From a virus: DNA of 64,000 nt. The stretch covers positions 1 to 64,000 of the IMG/VR virus record IMGVR_UViG_3300027777_000034. One strand, written 5' to 3'. How positions within the stretch are numbered: position 1 is the first letter of the stretch; each line of letters begins with the position of its first letter. A program made the translations under genes and the position numbers. Shown here piece by piece: positions 1-8,291 of this stretch. Below the pieces are notes generated by a model. That model saw only the letters and a program-made list of their open reading frames with translations, was not told where the DNA came from and ran no database searches.

Positions 1-13
1 TTGTATGGTTGCA

Positions 14-19
14 CGAATA
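14..19 (+). promoter_or_regulatory. early promoter -10 element (CGAATA); -35 lies outside the window
   Basis: CGAATAAGTAAATAGA, as at 3434, followed by AAGGAG and ATG 53. Confidence 0.6.
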
Positions 20-52
20 AGTAAATAGACAATAGAACATTAACATAAGGAG

Positions 53-526
53 ATGAAGATGTACAAAGTGAGATTTCATTTAGCAAAGGGCGAGAACTAT
101 ATGAAGTGGCAGATTACTGGCGATGCTTCACCTAATAAGCCAAGTGGCAAGCCATTCTATTTCGACCCATCTACTGTGTGTATACAGATGATTAATGCCA
201 AGTTGGTCAATCATGTGGCTACAGCTACAAAGATCAAATGCGGGGCGAATAAGACTGTGTGTGCATGGGTAGAGTGTGAGAACCTAGTTATCTACAGAGA
301 TGATACTGCTGGCGGTAGAAAGAACATTGGTTATGTAGATAAAACTTTTCCCAAAACTCATATGCAATTGTCATACAATCCAAGAGTTGCACCGAACTGG
401 GTGGGGCATAACTCTACAAACATGGACAAGCAAGAGAACCTAAACATATATACATCTGGAAGAAAGTTGTTTTACACATCGTCTTCTATTAAGTGTACTA
501 ATTCGATTGAACCAAGTTGTATTTAA
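53..526 (+). CDS. hypothetical early protein
   Basis: 157-aa ORF, AAGGAG SD. Confidence 0.75.
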   Translation: MKMYKVRFHLAKGENYMKWQITGDASPNKPSGKPFYFDPSTVCIQMINAKLVNHVATATKIKCGANKTVCAWVECENLVIYRDDTAGGRKNIGYVDKTFPKTHMQLSYNPRVAPNWVGHNSTNMDKQENLNIYTSGRKLFYTSSSIKCTNSIEPSCI

Positions 527-538
527 TAAAAATAAATT

Positions 539-565
539 TGAATAATTTGGGCAGTCAAACGAATA
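539..565 (+). promoter_or_regulatory. early promoter (1 mismatch)
   Basis: TGAATA-N15-CGAATA, intergenic. Confidence 0.65.
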
Positions 566-606
566 ATTAAGTATGGAAGTAGAACTTTAACAAAGGAGAA
601 TTGAAT

Positions 607-909
607 ATGAGTAAGCTTAGTAGAAATGCAAAGACAAATTTGTTGGTTGCAAATGATATTTTAAGCATCAAAAGTGATATGAATGCGGGTGATTACCAAT
701 TCATATCGGCAATTATTACTGGAGAAGGTTTTACGCAGTATAACAACATGACCGAAAAAGAATTAAATTCTGAATTTAAAGAACAATGGGAAAATATTAA
801 AGATAATCCAGAAGTATTAAAACTTGGTCGAGCCGATTGGTTCGCTGGAGATGAAGATGAAGATGGTGACGAAGCAGCATTCCAGTCTTTAATTGCCAAA
901 GGAGAATGA
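607..909 (+). CDS. hypothetical acidic early protein, paralog of 2959..3231
   Basis: AAGGAG SD; shares RNxKTxLL..DI..D.NAxDYQ..I.GxG..Y..MTEK. Confidence 0.75.
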   Translation: MSKLSRNAKTNLLVANDILSIKSDMNAGDYQFISAIITGEGFTQYNNMTEKELNSEFKEQWENIKDNPEVLKLGRADWFAGDEDEDGDEAAFQSLIAKGE

Positions 910-910
910 A

Positions 911-1345
911 ATGATTACATTTACTAAAGAGTATAGCGGTATAAGCAATACATATAGGTATAAGATTACAACCTTGAAAAAGGATGGACTCACAAGAACC
1001 GATTGGATAGACATGGAAGATGTCTATGTCAAGCTTGTAGGTATTGAATCATGCAAAGAAGAAAAAAGGCTTGAGAAAAGAAAACCAGAGTATAAATTCA
1101 ATGATACATACCAGTATGTAATTACTTGCAAAAGTATATTTGTATATGTACAAGGTAGGAACGAGAAGGAAGATAATAAGATTGCGATCATTAAAAGATG
1201 CTTCCCGCATATTCCTTTTCTAAACGATGTTGATCCAAAGGATATAAAAAAAGCAAGTTACTGGGGCAATAGTGATCGAATCTATATACATGATGGAAAG
1301 TTTTATAATTGTAAATATGCAATTATGCAAAAATATATTCCATAA
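911..1345 (+). CDS. hypothetical protein
   Basis: GGAG SD before ATG 911. Confidence 0.65.
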   Translation: MITFTKEYSGISNTYRYKITTLKKDGLTRTDWIDMEDVYVKLVGIESCKEEKRLEKRKPEYKFNDTYQYVITCKSIFVYVQGRNEKEDNKIAIIKRCFPHIPFLNDVDPKDIKKASYWGNSDRIYIHDGKFYNCKYAIMQKYIP

Positions 1346-1358
1346 CTAAGGAGATTAA

Positions 1359-1583
1359 ATGTTGTACGAATTTAGAAATCCAATGCCAGTAGAAACAAAT
1401 CTTGGGTATGGATTGCTTGTGTATGTTCGAGATGGTGGGGCATTTTCAAATGATGTATTCGCCATAGTCTCTGAAGTAGATGGAAAGCTTCGACATTTTC
1501 GTAGTGGTCAATTTAGGTTCTTGCCTAATCCTACTTTTGACATTGAAAATTTGGGCAATATGCAAGAAAAGAAAGAAATTTAA
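1359..1583 (+). CDS. hypothetical protein
   Basis: AAGGAG SD, 74 aa. Confidence 0.7.
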   Translation: MLYEFRNPMPVETNLGYGLLVYVRDGGAFSNDVFAIVSEVDGKLRHFRSGQFRFLPNPTFDIENLGNMQEKKEI

Positions 1584-1592
1584 ATTTCTTGC

Positions 1593-1619
1593 TAAATAAA
1601 AGTAATGACTAGACGAATA
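1593..1619 (+). promoter_or_regulatory. early promoter
   Basis: TAAATA-N15-CGAATA, exact. Confidence 0.75.
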
Positions 1620-1727
1620 GATATGTATACCAACAAGGAGGGCAATAATGATTGAAGAAAATGATATTTGGTTATTGTATGAGTTGTTTAGTTATGTAAT
1701 TGAAAATTTATTTTAAGGAGAATAAAC

Positions 1728-2054
1728 ATGAGCAAGTTTGTAACTGGATGCCAAGTTGTTTGTAAGTTTTCTGATGGCAAAGTAGAGAATTTTTTGCTTA
1801 AAGAAAAATTAACAGCAATTGCTGGCGGGTTTAAATGGGTCGTAAGTGACAGCAAGGGATTACTTAGAGTGATTCTTGAAAAGGAAATGTTTAAGTTAGG
1901 CAAAGGAAAAATAAAAATTGGTGACTACGCATACAACCCTGTTTCAGATTGTATAACCCTTATTGATGAAGATGACGATCTTATTTATGCAAATGAAACA
2001 TACTACAAAGTTCAAAATTACAAGGAGAACAAACATGAAAGTCATAACACTTAA
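1728..2054 (+). CDS. hypothetical protein
   Basis: AAGGAG SD. Confidence 0.7.
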   Translation: MSKFVTGCQVVCKFSDGKVENFLLKEKLTAIAGGFKWVVSDSKGLLRVILEKEMFKLGKGKIKIGDYAYNPVSDCITLIDEDDDLIYANETYYKVQNYKENKHESHNT

Positions 2055-2211
2055 CGAGTGCTTGCACTACATGGAATCAATTGGCTATAGGCTAGCTGCT
2101 AAAGGATTTGGTTTATTTATTTTTCGGCAAGACAACAGGCGTTTAAGTTTAACCCTGAGTGAACTAAGAATTAAATTTAAGAAGGAGAATAACAATGAAC
2201 GATCAATTTAG
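2035..2211 (+). CDS. hypothetical protein
   Basis: AAGGAG SD before ATG 2035. Confidence 0.6.
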   Translation: MKVITLNECLHYMESIGYRLAAKGFGLFIFRQDNRRLSLTLSELRIKFKKENNNERSI

Positions 2212-2398
2212 AGAAAAAAAAGAAAAACTTAAAGGTATGCTTCAGACTTTGCACGATTCATGCAGAGAGGGCGAGTATGGATATTGGGATGCTTCTAAAG
2301 AAGGCTTTGCTTCTATGGCTGAAAATGTGCAAGACATAGCCACAATATTAAATCTTAAGATTAAAGAAACATACAAAGGAGAAAGAACAAATGAATAA
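2195..2398 (+). CDS. hypothetical protein
   Basis: AAGGAG SD. Confidence 0.65.
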   Translation: MNDQFREKKEKLKGMLQTLHDSCREGEYGYWDASKEGFASMAENVQDIATILNLKIKETYKGERTNE

Positions 2399-2555
2399 TT
2401 TAAATGTACAGCTAACACCAGATGAGATATCCATGATAGCTAATAGCTTAAGCTATGAACTTAGTGCGGTTACCAACAAAGATTTAGATTCTTCTTACAA
2501 AAAAGAATTAAAAAAGCTTTATGAAAGATTAAGCACTCTTGAGGATGAAATCTAA
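2391..2555 (+). CDS. small helical protein, 54 aa (not in ORF track)
   Basis: AAGGAG SD; MNNLNVQLTPDEISMIANSLSY...; TAATG coupling to next ORF. Confidence 0.65.
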   Translation: MNNLNVQLTPDEISMIANSLSYELSAVTNKDLDSSYKKELKKLYERLSTLEDEI

Positions 2556-2857
2556 TGATTGAAATCAAACAGGTGGGCAATCAATGGAGAATCAAAAGGG
2601 AAGAAGTAGGCAAAGGTTATGCTTATAGGGATATAGATAAGGTATATCTTCATATACTTAGGGGCAGAATGAATGAGCATGGCGTTATCAATTGTGCTGA
2701 TCTGTATATCTATGTGGATGGACATAACCCTGTTGATGATAAGCACATACGGAGTTTTAAGACTGGTGCTACCTATCTAAATTTAGCTGTGCCAAACAAT
2801 GAGCTTTACTACAGTATGTATACAATCAAAGATGTAGTTTTTGGAAATAATTACTAA
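2555..2857 (+). CDS. hypothetical protein
   Basis: TAATG coupling. Confidence 0.65.
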   Translation: MIEIKQVGNQWRIKREEVGKGYAYRDIDKVYLHILRGRMNEHGVINCADLYIYVDGHNPVDDKHIRSFKTGATYLNLAVPNNELYYSMYTIKDVVFGNNY

Positions 2858-2881
2858 ATAATTTGAAGTGTGAAACGAATA
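2855..2881 (+). promoter_or_regulatory. early promoter
   Basis: TAAATA-N15-CGAATA; its TAA is also the upstream stop codon. Confidence 0.75.
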
Positions 2882-2904
2882 CTAAGTTAAGGGAAACGGC
2901 TTTG

Positions 2905-2933
2905 CGTGAACTAAGGGCGTTCCTTAGTTCACG
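2905..2933 (+). promoter_or_regulatory. 5' leader hairpin
   Basis: perfect 12-bp stem CGTGAACTAAGG/CCTTAGTTCACG. Confidence 0.6.
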
Positions 2934-2958
2934 ATGCTGGACTAACAAGGAGATTACT

Positions 2959-3231
2959 ATGAGCAACAGTAAGTTTACGAGAAATGAAAAAACCAGTTTG
3001 TTAATGGCATGGGATATCGTTGCCTTGCGTGAAGATTTAAATGCGAATGACTATCAAATGATTTGTGGCATCCTTAGAGGCGATGGATACCAAGCATATG
3101 ACCTCATGACAGAAAAAGATTTTGATAATGAGTTTTATGAAAAATATGATGAACAAATTAAATATTCTACAAAAATCCTTCAGTTAGCTCATGTGTTGAA
3201 TGGTGAACCAATTAATTTACTAAAAGTTTAA
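2959..3231 (+). CDS. hypothetical early protein, paralog of 607..909
   Basis: AAGGAG SD before ATG 2959; visible similarity to 607..909. Confidence 0.75.
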   Translation: MSNSKFTRNEKTSLLMAWDIVALREDLNANDYQMICGILRGDGYQAYDLMTEKDFDNEFYEKYDEQIKYSTKILQLAHVLNGEPINLLKV

Positions 3232-3244
3232 CAAGGAGAGTTAT

Positions 3245-3415
3245 ATGAGATTATCGCTTAAGTACGAACAGAAGTTAGAAAAAAATAAGTTCCTTGATGT
3301 ATTAGACATTGGAGTTATATCTACAGAGATATGCAGACTTAAGAATCTGCTTAGATCGATTGGCATTAGTGCAGAAGATAAAAGTCTTGAAAAATTAAAA
3401 TTGTGGAAAGACTAA
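3245..3415 (+). CDS. small hypothetical protein, 56 aa (not in ORF track)
   Basis: AAGGAG SD; MRLSLKYEQK... Confidence 0.6.
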   Translation: MRLSLKYEQKLEKNKFLDVLDIGVISTEICRLKNLLRSIGISAEDKSLEKLKLWKD

Positions 3416-3439
3416 ATAAAACTGTGTGTGGGGCGAATA
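3413..3439 (+). promoter_or_regulatory. early promoter
   Basis: TAAATA-N15-CGAATA, exact. Confidence 0.75.
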
Positions 3440-3477
3440 AGTAAATAGAGACAACAACATTAAACAAGGAGAGTAAC

Positions 3478-3846
3478 ATGGCACATGATGAAAAGTTGTA
3501 TGAGAAGTGCGTAAAGATTTATGAGCAAGATGGGCAAGATGCAGTAATAGCTCATTGCATTAAGATTGGACATAAGACATGGGGCAAATGCGAGCCATGC
3601 GAATGTAACAGTCCTATCATGGATGATAATTTTATGACCTGTCTTGTATGTGGTGAATCTACCTATCACAACAATGAAAATAAAACAGTATCGTTATCAA
3701 TATTCCAATTAAAAATATTGCTTGAAGCTACCAATTACTTTTTGGATGCACTTGAGGATGACGAAGAAGCAGAGCTTGATGTAGATAAGTATGATGTTGC
3801 AGAAATAAATAAACTTTTAGAAAGGCTGGTGGCAAATGACAAATAA
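3478..3846 (+). CDS. hypothetical protein with Zn-finger-like motif
   Basis: CEPC...CLVC; AAGGAG SD. Confidence 0.7.
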   Translation: MAHDEKLYEKCVKIYEQDGQDAVIAHCIKIGHKTWGKCEPCECNSPIMDDNFMTCLVCGESTYHNNENKTVSLSIFQLKILLEATNYFLDALEDDEEAELDVDKYDVAEINKLLERLVANDK

Positions 3847-4228
3847 TAATCAATACGACTGGAAGCTTTGTTTTACTGATGGGAAAAATGGTCATAGCTT
3901 ATGGCTTGACCGAATTACCAATAAGTATTCAATTAAAGATCAATCTGGAAATAGACCCAACAATACAGATGATGGTGTGCTTTGGTTTTATGGTGTGGTT
4001 GCTAGCGTTCACACTTGTAAGTTTTCTAAAGATGGCCTTACTGTTGCATTTAGCGTAGAGTCAGAAAGAGATGGGAGAAGCAGTACAGTTTGGTGTGTGT
4101 TTGATTTTGGTATTCGTGTAGCTAAAGAGCTTGATATGCAAATCGTATTGAGTAATGACCTTAAGAAACTTGAACCTCTGTTTTGTCTTACCAGTAGTAA
4201 AGGAGTTAGCAATGAATTTAACCGATAG
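3836..4228 (+). CDS. hypothetical protein
   Basis: 130-aa ORF in operon. Confidence 0.65.
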   Translation: MTNNNQYDWKLCFTDGKNGHSLWLDRITNKYSIKDQSGNRPNNTDDGVLWFYGVVASVHTCKFSKDGLTVAFSVESERDGRSSTVWCVFDFGIRVAKELDMQIVLSNDLKKLEPLFCLTSSKGVSNEFNR

Positions 4229-4388
4229 ACAGCGTGAAATTATAAGGGTCACCCTCAGTTATTGCTTGGCTAACTATGACGAGCTTAATGAGTGCTTATA
4301 TCCAGAAGAAGATCATAATAAGGTTGAAATACAATACTCTGAGATTGAACAAATATTAAATCTAATTCAACATAAGGAGATAGTATGA
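4212..4388 (+). CDS. small helical protein
   Basis: AGGAG SD before ATG 4212 (MNLTDRQREII...). Confidence 0.65.
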   Translation: MNLTDRQREIIRVTLSYCLANYDELNECLYPEEDHNKVEIQYSEIEQILNLIQHKEIV

Positions 4389-4654
4389 AAAAACAACAGA
4401 AAGCTTATATCTATACTGTCTGGCCTAATAGTGGTAATTCCGTAACTCTATGGCTATACTCTCAGGCATCAAAAAGAGTTGACAATACAACAAATGTATA
4501 CCTACAAGGGGATGATGCAGCTTTATTTCTTAAGGAAGTACAAGAGACAGAATATATTTGGGAAAACAGTATAGGTATGACGAAGGATATCCTAAAGAGA
4601 AACTTTAAGAATATAGAAGGTCATGTTTCATACATTATAAGTATGTATTTTTAG
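4385..4654 (+). CDS. hypothetical protein
   Basis: AAGGAG SD. Confidence 0.65.
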   Translation: MKKQQKAYIYTVWPNSGNSVTLWLYSQASKRVDNTTNVYLQGDDAALFLKEVQETEYIWENSIGMTKDILKRNFKNIEGHVSYIISMYF

Positions 4655-5369
4655 ATTGTGCATTTGACATTGAACATTGCGGATGATGCTCTGCAAAGTG
4701 GCAATTTGCACAAAGAAGCATACATTTAGAAGCCTCTTCTAATATTTTTTCCCAACTATGGTTAATTGTACCCACAGCATTTAATGCAAATGATTTATCT
4801 TTTGGGTCTATGTGATGAAATTGTAATGCTGCATAATTCTCACAATATCCACAATGTTGGCATAATCCACCATGTATAGCTATTAGTTTTAATTTTATGT
4901 CTTTTGCTTTTGATGATTGTTTACTGGTTTTTTGTTTTTGTAGTTTTTTTCGACAATCTATAGAAGAACAATATTTTCGTGGAACGATATTTTTGCAGAA
5001 TGTACATTTTTTATCTGGTTTTTCGGATTTCACAAGTGTCCAATGGTATTTATCTCTGCAAGTAGGCGAACACAAGTTTCTTTGTTTTCCTGTTAATTCT
5101 TTTTTGCAAATTAAACAGTTTTGGTTTTTGTGGGCAACACGATGGTAATATTTAGTCTTGTAGTGTTCACTATAACATTTTTTTGAGCAGAATTTTCTTC
5201 GATTGCTTACAAATTGTTTTTCACACATTAAACATTGTGAGAATCTTTGTTTTTTTTCAACAGGATCTTTTGAATTATAGTGATATTTATGACTACATTT
5301 ATTTGAACAGAAGCTTATTTGCTGGCCGATTAAGTTAATATCGCAAGATAAGCATTTTGAACTTGTCAT
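4635..5369 (-). CDS. HNH endonuclease with four N-terminal Zn-finger repeats
   Basis: 4x CxxC...[FLY]CSxx(x)C, then CQHCG...FHHIDP...LLCANCH. Confidence 0.85.
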   Translation of the reverse strand: MTSSKCLSCDINLIGQQISFCSNKCSHKYHYNSKDPVEKKQRFSQCLMCEKQFVSNRRKFCSKKCYSEHYKTKYYHRVAHKNQNCLICKKELTGKQRNLCSPTCRDKYHWTLVKSEKPDKKCTFCKNIVPRKYCSSIDCRKKLQKQKTSKQSSKAKDIKLKLIAIHGGLCQHCGYCENYAALQFHHIDPKDKSFALNAVGTINHSWEKILEEASKCMLLCANCHFAEHHPQCSMSNAQSKNTYL

Positions 5370-5515
5370 TTTTTATCTCGTATGTAATTGACCATGAAAT
5401 CACGAATTACTTCGCTCATGGTCTTGTAATTGCTATCGCACTTTGTTTTAAAAAGTTCAAATAGCGAAGTTTGTAAACGGATTAACATATTTTTTTCTTT
5501 GTGTTTTTCGTTCAT
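5366..5515 (-). CDS. ribbon-helix-helix DNA-binding protein, 49 aa (not in ORF track)
   Basis: MNEKHKEKNMLIRLQTSLFELFKTKCDSNYKTMSEVIRDFMVNYIRDKK; ATGA overlap with HNH start. Confidence 0.75.
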   Translation of the reverse strand: MNEKHKEKNMLIRLQTSLFELFKTKCDSNYKTMSEVIRDFMVNYIRDKK

Positions 5516-5559
5516 ACTATGTATATACACCAATAGGAGGATTTAAATAAAGTTTCTAC

Positions 5560-5586
5560 TAAATAATTTAACCGATCAAACGAATA
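5560..5586 (+). promoter_or_regulatory. early promoter
   Basis: TAAATA-N15-CGAATA, exact. Confidence 0.75.
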
Positions 5587-5658
5587 AGTAAATATGGGGA
5601 TGAAAGTTTTTTAATGTGGAGATTTAACACACAGTATTAAATATACAAGGAGAGCGAA

Positions 5659-6021
5659 ATGATAGAAGAACATGAACAAGAATATAGCGAACAGTATGAA
5701 GATGGTTTTAAAACAGTATTGAAGTTCTTTTCTGCTGAAAATGAAAAACAATGCGAAAGAAATTTATACAAGTACACAAACTGTGGTGCTTGGATCGAAT
5801 TTAAGGACTGGGGCATTAAACTTGGTTCTATCGTAGAAGGTTCAGACGAAGGAACTGATGTCTTTGAACTTAAGTATGACGAAGACTTCTCAGAAGAAAC
5901 TATTCAAAAAGCAATAGATCAGATTGAAGAACAAGCAGATTCAATCTGGAAGTATGCAAACGAAATTGGTGAAGATGGACAGACAGATGAACAAAATGGG
6001 CTTGATTTCCCAACTTTATAA
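5659..6021 (+). CDS. highly acidic early protein
   Basis: AAGGAG SD; D/E-rich throughout. Confidence 0.75.
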   Translation: MIEEHEQEYSEQYEDGFKTVLKFFSAENEKQCERNLYKYTNCGAWIEFKDWGIKLGSIVEGSDEGTDVFELKYDEDFSEETIQKAIDQIEEQADSIWKYANEIGEDGQTDEQNGLDFPTL

Positions 6022-6031
6022 GGAGAATAAC

Positions 6032-6310
6032 ATGGATCGCAGAAGATGGACTCATAAGGTTATTAAGGACAGCAAGTATAGCTTCATGGATGGTATGTCA
6101 TACCGAAGTCCATCATGGACAGGCACTCTTGATGAGTGTATAGCTAAGGCTCGTAAGATGGCAGACTTGTCCAATGCTGATGGTGAAGTATTTATCATTA
6201 GAGTTATGCCAAGAAAGAAGGGCGAAGCCGTACTAAAAATAAGTAGTTTAAGAACTATTGAAAGACAAGTAAGAGTAATGAATCAACATGAACAAGATCA
6301 CTACATTTAA
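6032..6310 (+). CDS. hypothetical protein
   Basis: AAGGAG SD before ATG 6032. Confidence 0.65.
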   Translation: MDRRRWTHKVIKDSKYSFMDGMSYRSPSWTGTLDECIAKARKMADLSNADGEVFIIRVMPRKKGEAVLKISSLRTIERQVRVMNQHEQDHYI

Positions 6311-6320
6311 GGAGAATAAT

Positions 6321-6602
6321 ATGATTAAGACTAGAGATAGACTGTTGGCAGATGTAAAGAAGTTTGTATCTAAGTATTGTGATACTGCTGTATATACCGC
6401 AGAGGAATGGCAAAAGAAAGAAAGTCAATGTCATTTCGGTGAGGTTGTATTTGTCGCAGAGGGTGAGCTTTATTACGCTCTAAATGGTCAGCATGGGCGA
6501 AAAGAAAAAGATGCGATCATTAAGATAGCTAGAAAACATCAATGCTACATCGAAAAGGGTTTCGGTTGGTCGTGGCACTTTTGTAGTGTGGAAGGATTAT
6601 AA
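6321..6602 (+). CDS. hypothetical protein
   Basis: AAGGAG SD before ATG 6321. Confidence 0.65.
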   Translation: MIKTRDRLLADVKKFVSKYCDTAVYTAEEWQKKESQCHFGEVVFVAEGELYYALNGQHGRKEKDAIIKIARKHQCYIEKGFGWSWHFCSVEGL

Positions 6603-6603
6603 A

Positions 6604-6837
6604 ATGGATTACACACATAAAATATCTAATCTTGGTGATGGCTATCCATACGAAGGTGAGATCATTGTAGATAGTGAAAAGAATACTTTAAGATGTATTA
6701 GCGTATCAAATATTCACTTGGAAAGATGGCAAAGAAACTGGGTATACGCTCTTTGCGAACCAGTAGCTTTGCCCTTGAATAGAAAAGCTATTGAAAAACT
6801 TTACGATGTAAGGAGTATTAAATGCTTAAAAGATTAA
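6604..6837 (+). CDS. hypothetical protein
   Basis: AAGGA SD before ATG 6604. Confidence 0.6.
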   Translation: MDYTHKISNLGDGYPYEGEIIVDSEKNTLRCISVSNIHLERWQRNWVYALCEPVALPLNRKAIEKLYDVRSIKCLKD

Positions 6838-7133
6838 AAAGGATTGGGCGAGGTCAGAATCGTTATTCCGTTTATGACAATGAAGGTATAAAAAAACAAA
6901 ACTATTATGTTCTAGCAAATAGCCATAGTGCTGCTGATTATAAAGCTAAGCAACAATTCGGTGAATATGCTAAAGCTGGTGGGCAATTAAGCACAAAAGA
7001 TTGGGAATGGATGACAGAAGACCAAGAATTTATTGTGCAACCATCTAAGTTTAAGCGGTTGATTGCATCTTCTATTCTATTATCTATAGCATTGGTCGTA
7101 TCTGCTGGTTTATACAATGTATTTTTTAAATAG
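6822..7133 (+). CDS. hypothetical protein with C-terminal TM helix
   Basis: AAGGAG SD; hydrophobic C-terminus. Confidence 0.65.
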   Translation: MLKRLKRIGRGQNRYSVYDNEGIKKQNYYVLANSHSAADYKAKQQFGEYAKAGGQLSTKDWEWMTEDQEFIVQPSKFKRLIASSILLSIALVVSAGLYNVFFK

Positions 7134-7143
7134 GAGTTTAATA

Positions 7144-7374
7144 ATGCCAAGAGTAAAAATGGTTTTAGAACTAGACTTTGATAAATTGCAAGATATTAAA
7201 ACTAGGATTTTAAATCTTGCTCTTAGAATTGAGCTTGGATCACATTTATATCCAGAAGAAATAGAATCAATAGATTCTACAGTTAAGCTAATAGATATGA
7301 TTCAAGATCAATGTGTAGATCATCCAGATAATAAATATACAAAAAAACAAGTATATGGATTTTTGGGATCATAG
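7144..7374 (+). CDS. hypothetical protein
   Basis: AGGAG SD before ATG 7144. Confidence 0.6.
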   Translation: MPRVKMVLELDFDKLQDIKTRILNLALRIELGSHLYPEEIESIDSTVKLIDMIQDQCVDHPDNKYTKKQVYGFLGS

Positions 7375-7380
7375 TTATAT

Positions 7381-7452
7381 GGAGATATAGCTCAAAGGCA
7401 GAGCAAATTTCTCATAAAAATTTGGTTCTTGGTTCGAATCCAAGTATCTCCA
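7381..7452 (+). tRNA. tRNA with CAT anticodon (elongator Met or Ile2); CCA not encoded
   Basis: acceptor GGAGATA/TATCTCC, D arm GCTC/GAGC, anticodon arm AATTT-CTCATAA-AAATT, T arm CTTGG-TTCGAAT-CCAAG. Confidence 0.9.
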
Positions 7453-7453
7453 C

Positions 7454-7480
7454 TAAATAATTTACCCTGTCATGCGAATA
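7454..7480 (+). promoter_or_regulatory. early promoter
   Basis: TAAATA-N15-CGAATA, exact, abutting the tRNA 3' end. Confidence 0.75.
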
Positions 7481-7555
7481 AGTATATGTAAGTCTGGCAG
7501 ATATATAGATAAACTTTAGGCTTATATTAAAGGCACACTACAACAAGGAGATAAA

Positions 7556-7711
7556 ATGATTAATGAAAAAGAAATTGAGAATTTTGTAAAGTTAAACAGA
7601 TGGGATCTTGCTCATCTTGCCATTAAACAAAATGAGAATGAACTAGATAAGTTGCGTAAAGAAGTAAAGGCGTTGCGTGAACAATTACAATTACTTAAGG
7701 AGATCAAATGA
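7556..7711 (+). CDS. small coiled-coil protein, 51 aa (not in ORF track)
   Basis: AAGGAG SD; heptad-like C-terminus. Confidence 0.6.
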   Translation: MINEKEIENFVKLNRWDLAHLAIKQNENELDKLRKEVKALREQLQLLKEIK

Positions 7712-7794
7712 ACAAAGATGCAATGAATTTTATTCTAATATGTTCTTGTGTAATTGGTTTTATCAAAGGTATATTTCCAAGTAGAGGTGACTAA
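7708..7794 (+). CDS. 28-aa membrane peptide, copy 1
   Basis: MNKDAMNFILICSCVIGFIKGIFPSRGD; AAGGAG SD; near-duplicate at 11614. Confidence 0.65.
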   Translation: MNKDAMNFILICSCVIGFIKGIFPSRGD

Positions 7795-8036
7795 TGACAA
7801 AATATAAAAAAAACGATGTGGTTGTTTGCAAAACAGCAGAGAATAACTTTGCTATTTACACTTTGGTCGAACCTTGGAAAGTTTATAAAAAATGGTTAGC
7901 AGTTGGAGCAGATAAGAATATTTATCGGGTACATGAAGATGATATTTTAGATAAAGATGATCGAGACAATGTTTTAGAGCTAACTAGTTATATTAAAGCG
8001 TTATCTGAATATTTATTTACAAGTAAAGTTTATTAA
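7794..8036 (+). CDS. hypothetical protein
   Basis: TAATG coupling. Confidence 0.6.
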   Translation: MTKYKKNDVVVCKTAENNFAIYTLVEPWKVYKKWLAVGADKNIYRVHEDDILDKDDRDNVLELTSYIKALSEYLFTSKVY

Positions 8037-8048
8037 AGGAGAACAGCT

Positions 8049-8291
8049 ATGACACCAGAAGATATAGTAATTCAGAATCATCTTGATAAAATTATAAATA
8101 ATCCTAAAACATGGATTGTAAAAGACTTTAATCACACAAATATATATCTACATCTTGATGAGATTGATGTTTTAATTACTGCATTAAATCTATTAATTCA
8201 ACAGGAATCCACAGGGAAACAGCATGATTCCCGTAATGAACTACTTGAAAAGTTATCTGCACTAGAAGAAAGAGAAAGGAGTAGGAACTAA
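8049..8291 (+). CDS. hypothetical protein
   Basis: AAGGAG SD. Confidence 0.65.
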   Translation: MTPEDIVIQNHLDKIINNPKTWIVKDFNHTNIYLHLDEIDVLITALNLLIQQESTGKQHDSRNELLEKLSALEERERSRN

